The notes beneath the pieces are model-generated. The model saw only the letters and a program-made list of their open reading frames with translations, had not been told where the DNA came from and made no database searches. From assembly GCA_012727635.1 (NCBI GenBank), contig JAAYGQ010000102.1, positions 1 through 59,130 of the forward strand: a stretch of DNA of 59,130 nt, in the 5' to 3' direction. This DNA is from Tissierellia bacterium (lineage in GTDB: Bacteria; Bacillota; Clostridia; Peptostreptococcales; Acidaminobacteraceae). A program made the position numbers and the translations under genes. Below, piece after piece: positions 56,564 to 59,130 of the stretch (position 1 is the first letter of the stretch; each line of letters opens with the position of its first letter).

Positions 56564-57482
56564 TCATTTTACCTACTTCCATAAGAATACTGGCCCAGGA
56601 AAGACCGGCACCAAAACCCGTTAGTATAACTCGCTTATTTTCTTTAAATTCGCCTTCCCTTTTAAGTTTTGACAAAAGTAAAGGAATACTGGCAGCAGAA
56701 ACATTTCCGGTATCCTTCAGGGATTTTGGAAAAAGCAAGGGGGAGATTTGAAGACGATGGGCAATATAATCTAGGATTCTTTCGTTGGCTTGATGACAGA
56801 CAAAGTAATCAATATCTTGTTTCTCTAGTCCCGCTTTATCAAGAACTCCGGAAATACTGGAGGCTCCTACTTCCGTTGCAAATCGAAAAACCTGGGAACC
56901 TTTCATAGTGAGAGCTTCACCCTCTTTCATCACAAGATCTTCTTTATTAGAACGGGTACCGTAGACAGTGAAAAACTCATCCTCTGTCTTTTCAAGAAGC
57001 ACTCCTCCGGAACCATCGCCAAATAGGATGGCCGTACCTCGGTCTTCAAAGTCCAAGTGTTTAGAGATTTTTTCCGTACCGATAAGGATTGCCAGCTCAT
57101 CTTTTTTTAAAAATCCTTCAATAAGAATAAGCCCTCCAACAAAACCCGTACAAGCCATATTGATATCAAGGCACAGCACCTCTTCTTGAAGCTCCAAGGC
57201 CCCTTGAATTATGGCTGCAATGCTGGGCATGATATAATCCGGCGTAAAACTGGCATGAAGAATAATCTTTACCCGTTTTTTATCTTCTTCTGAAATATCT
57301 AAATCCCCAGCAACCTTGAGGGCCATATCCGAAGTTGAAAAATCCTCGGCAAAATGCCGCCCCTCAATGCCGGTGCGGCTTCTAATCCACTCATCTGAAG
57401 TATTAAGTAACTTTAGAAAAAAACTATTGGCGACTTTCTTTTCCGGAAGATAGTCAGCGACATCACGAATACGAAGTCCCAT
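56535..57482 (-). CDS. fabH: 3-oxoacyl-ACP synthase III
   Basis: Catalytic Cys in NMACTGF, plus the HQAN and GFGAGLSW motifs. Confidence 0.95.
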   Translation of the reverse strand: MGLRIRDVADYLPEKKVANSFFLKLLNTSDEWIRSRTGIEGRHFAEDFSTSDMALKVAGDLDISEEDKKRVKIILHASFTPDYIMPSIAAIIQGALELQEEVLCLDINMACTGFVGGLILIEGFLKKDELAILIGTEKISKHLDFEDRGTAILFGDGSGGVLLEKTEDEFFTVYGTRSNKEDLVMKEGEALTMKGSQVFRFATEVGASSISGVLDKAGLEKQDIDYFVCHQANERILDYIAHRLQISPLLFPKSLKDTGNVSAASIPLLLSKLKREGEFKENKRVILTGFGAGLSWASILMEVGKMNETSKNTLD

Positions 57483-57502
57483 TAAAAAGTCCTAAAGGCC
57501 TC

Positions 57503-57733
57503 CTAGGAGGCCTTTTCAGCTTCAATATAGTTGAGAACATCGCCAATGGTTAGGATTCCCGGAAGATCCTCATCGTCGATATGTACTCCGAATTCTTCTT
57601 CAAAGGCTAGGCACAGCTCCACTACATCAAGAGAGTCGGCACCAAGGTCTTCGATAAGGCTTGTCTCCAAAGTAACGTCACCATCCCAAGCAAGATTTTC
57701 TTTTACTATTTCAATTATTTTTTCCAGTTTCAT
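57503..57733 (-). CDS. acpP: Acyl carrier protein
   Basis: DLGADSLD phosphopantetheine site. Start at the ATG at 57733 (76 aa) with GGAGA 6 nt upstream; the ORF maximum extends to 57745. Confidence 0.92.
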   Translation of the reverse strand: MKLEKIIEIVKENLAWDGDVTLETSLIEDLGADSLDVVELCLAFEEEFGVHIDDEDLPGILTIGDVLNYIEAEKAS

Positions 57734-57755
57734 TTTGTTCTCCATTTCATTAGTA

Positions 57756-57786
57756 ATTTTACTTAAATTATTTTACTTAAAATAAT
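57756..57786. promoter_or_regulatory. Candidate operator at the start of the fab operon
   Basis: ATTTTACTTAAA occurs twice (57756-57767 and 57770-57781). A perfect palindrome ATTATTTTA-CT-TAAAATAAT spans 57767-57786, immediately downstream of the predicted -10. Confidence 0.5.
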
Positions 57787-57792
57787 ACAAGT

Positions 57793-57821
57793 ATCATATA
57801 ACCAATTACACCATCTGTCAA
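57793..57821 (-). promoter_or_regulatory. fab operon promoter
   Basis: Minus strand TTGACA (57816-57821), 17-nt spacer, TATGAT (57793-57798). Confidence 0.7.
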
Positions 57822-57915
57822 GATATTTTTTCAAAACAATATAAAGCATATGAAGACAAATTACTGCATTTAAGCAGTAAAAACTGTGAAAGGCTTTATT
57901 TATTTAAGAAATCTA

Positions 57916-57924
57916 TGCTACAAT
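57916..57924 (+). promoter_or_regulatory. Extended -10 promoter element for rnfD
   Basis: TGcTACAAT lies 24 nt upstream of the ATG. The -35 (TTATTT) is weak. Confidence 0.4.
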
Positions 57925-57947
57925 GTACCCTATAGAAGGGAGGAACT

Positions 57948-58904
57948 ATGGAATTAAAAAATCATTTCATGAAACAAAAGATGATGACTAAAGTTCTCAT
58001 CTCCCTCATTCCCCTATATATATTTTCAGTCTGGCTTTATGGGCTCCGGGTGCTATTTCTTCTAGCCCTAGTAACCCTTGTTGGTGTTGCCGCTGAATAC
58101 TGGGTAATGAGGCTTATTCAAGGCGACCGTGCCAAAGTATCCGAAGCGGCGCTAGTGACCTGCGCTCTATATACCCTGACGCTCCCCCCTACGATTCCCT
58201 ATTGGATTGCTGTAGTAGGCATCGTGGTGGCCCTTATTTTAGCTAAGGGAGCCTTTGGTGGTTTTGCTCGAAACGTCTTTAATCCAGCCCTTGTTGGACG
58301 CGCTTTTATTTATGTTTCTTTTCCTGTACAAATGACCGCTGCCTGGGCAAAGCCCTACGCGTCTCTACCGGGAGGCTTCATTCACTATGGCGTCCAGGGA
58401 CTGACCAATGCAACCCCTATGATTACTTTGGAAACCAGCGGAGTACTTACACCGATTAAAGATCTTTTCCTTGGAACCATAAGCGGCAGCATCGGAGAAG
58501 GTTCAGCGCTTCTCATTCTTCTTGCCGGAGTTTATTTGATTTACACTAAAACGGCTTCAAGAAATATTATTCTCTCTGTTCTGCTCTCAGGATTTGCTTT
58601 TGGAAGCTTATTCTATATGGCAGGTTGGAGTGAAGCGCCAGTGCAAATAGGTCTTTTAAGTGGTGGCTTTCTTTTCGGAGCCATCTTTATGGCCACAGAC
58701 CCCATCTCTGCACCAAGGGAGGAACTCAGTCAAATCATATACGGAGTAATCATAGGCTTTTCAGCCATGTTTATTCGTACCTTCTCACTTTTTACAGAAG
58801 GAATTATGTTTGCCATACTTATCGCCAACTCCTTTGGCCCTTTAATTGAACGTACAGTAAAGGAAATCAAAGCCAAAAGAGCTGTCAAGGGAGGTCTCCA
58901 ATGA
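57948..58904 (+). CDS. rnfD: RnfD/NqrB-family electron-transport complex subunit
   Basis: SFPVQMT, GSIGE and MATDPIS (FMN attachment region) motifs. GGGAGG ribosome-binding site. Confidence 0.85.
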   Translation: MELKNHFMKQKMMTKVLISLIPLYIFSVWLYGLRVLFLLALVTLVGVAAEYWVMRLIQGDRAKVSEAALVTCALYTLTLPPTIPYWIAVVGIVVALILAKGAFGGFARNVFNPALVGRAFIYVSFPVQMTAAWAKPYASLPGGFIHYGVQGLTNATPMITLETSGVLTPIKDLFLGTISGSIGEGSALLILLAGVYLIYTKTASRNIILSVLLSGFAFGSLFYMAGWSEAPVQIGLLSGGFLFGAIFMATDPISAPREELSQIIYGVIIGFSAMFIRTFSLFTEGIMFAILIANSFGPLIERTVKEIKAKRAVKGGLQ

Positions 58905-59130
58905 AAAAAGGTTATCTCTATACCATTCTTTTTATGGCCCTAGTTTCTATTATTCTCACATCCATCCTTGCAGTGAGTAATGCTGCCTTTTTGCCCACCA
59001 TAGAAAGCAACACCTTGAAGGCGCAAAAAATAGCTATTCTAGATGCCTTCGGAGTTGTCAGCCAAGAGCCCGAGGACTACTTTGATACCAATGTAAAAGA
59101 AAAGGATTTTGGAATCGTCAGCGGCTATGA
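58901..59130 (+). CDS. rnfG: RnfG/NqrC-family subunit, N-terminal part (truncated by window end)
   Basis: ATGA overlap with the rnfD stop. N-terminal TM (LYTILFMALVSIILTSILAV), in the position expected for subunit G/C. Confidence 0.6.
   Translation, partial: MKKGYLYTILFMALVSIILTSILAVSNAAFLPTIESNTLKAQKIAILDAFGVVSQEPEDYFDTNVKEKDFGIVSGY

Noticed and set aside
1-59130. Search for CRISPR arrays, rRNA, tRNA, IS elements, integrases and long repeats.
   Set aside because: Only two-copy short repeats of 10-12 nt were seen (15261-15280 and 57756-57781). There were no spacer-repeat periodicity, no tRNA-like T-arm motifs in intergenic gaps, and no transposase- or integrase-like ORFs.

Overview
This is a 59.1-kb chromosomal segment. 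It most likely comes from a low-GC anaerobic Firmicutes/Clostridia-like bacterium. That is an inference from strong GGAGG ribosome-binding sites, a FabK-type fab operon with a MarR regulator, NfnAB, Rnf, GTP-type PEP carboxykinase and a CIRCE element; the species cannot be named from sequence alone. I recognise about 62 protein-coding genes. Roughly 80% are on the minus strand, and they are tightly packed with many 4-nt stop/start overlaps (ATGA, TTGA). From left to right the window contains:
- the 5' half of a cobalamin riboswitch, truncated by the window edge;
- an MFS transporter, an aldehyde dehydrogenase and a PduO-type adenosyltransferase;
- a TAXI-TRAP transporter (binding protein, DUF1850, fused permease);
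- clpB preceded by a CIRCE operator;
- assorted housekeeping and fusion enzymes;
- an ECF sigma factor with a DUF4349 anti-sigma-like partner;
- lplA, two tandem CNNM/CorC-type genes, pepA and patB;
- a lipoprotein serpin, then an AT-rich island with an orphan YodL-like gene;
- a C39-like peptidase, Arc-type ribbon-helix-helix (RHH) and SPFH gene set;
- pck, a split chromate-transporter pair, and glpK-trkA-trkH;
- ggt and nfnAB;
- a divergent pair of small XRE regulators;
- uppP;
- a complete type II fatty-acid synthesis operon (acpP-fabH-fabK-fabK2-fabD-fabG-fabF-fabZ-marR);
- the start of an rnfD/rnfG-like operon.

I recognised no rRNA, tRNA, CRISPR array, transposase or integrase. I found no single clear-cut novel system. 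The best candidates for a second look are:
- the SPFH / Arc-RHH / membrane-anchored C39-like peptidase unit, which has phased operator hexamers and an internal terminator, and sits near a lipoprotein serpin;
- the AT-rich YodL-like island;
- an in-frame TGA that splits the second FabK/NMO paralogue;
- the orphan divergent XRE switch;
- the palindrome and direct-repeat operator at the fab operon promoter.

All functional calls come from motif recognition by eye and need confirmation by database searches.
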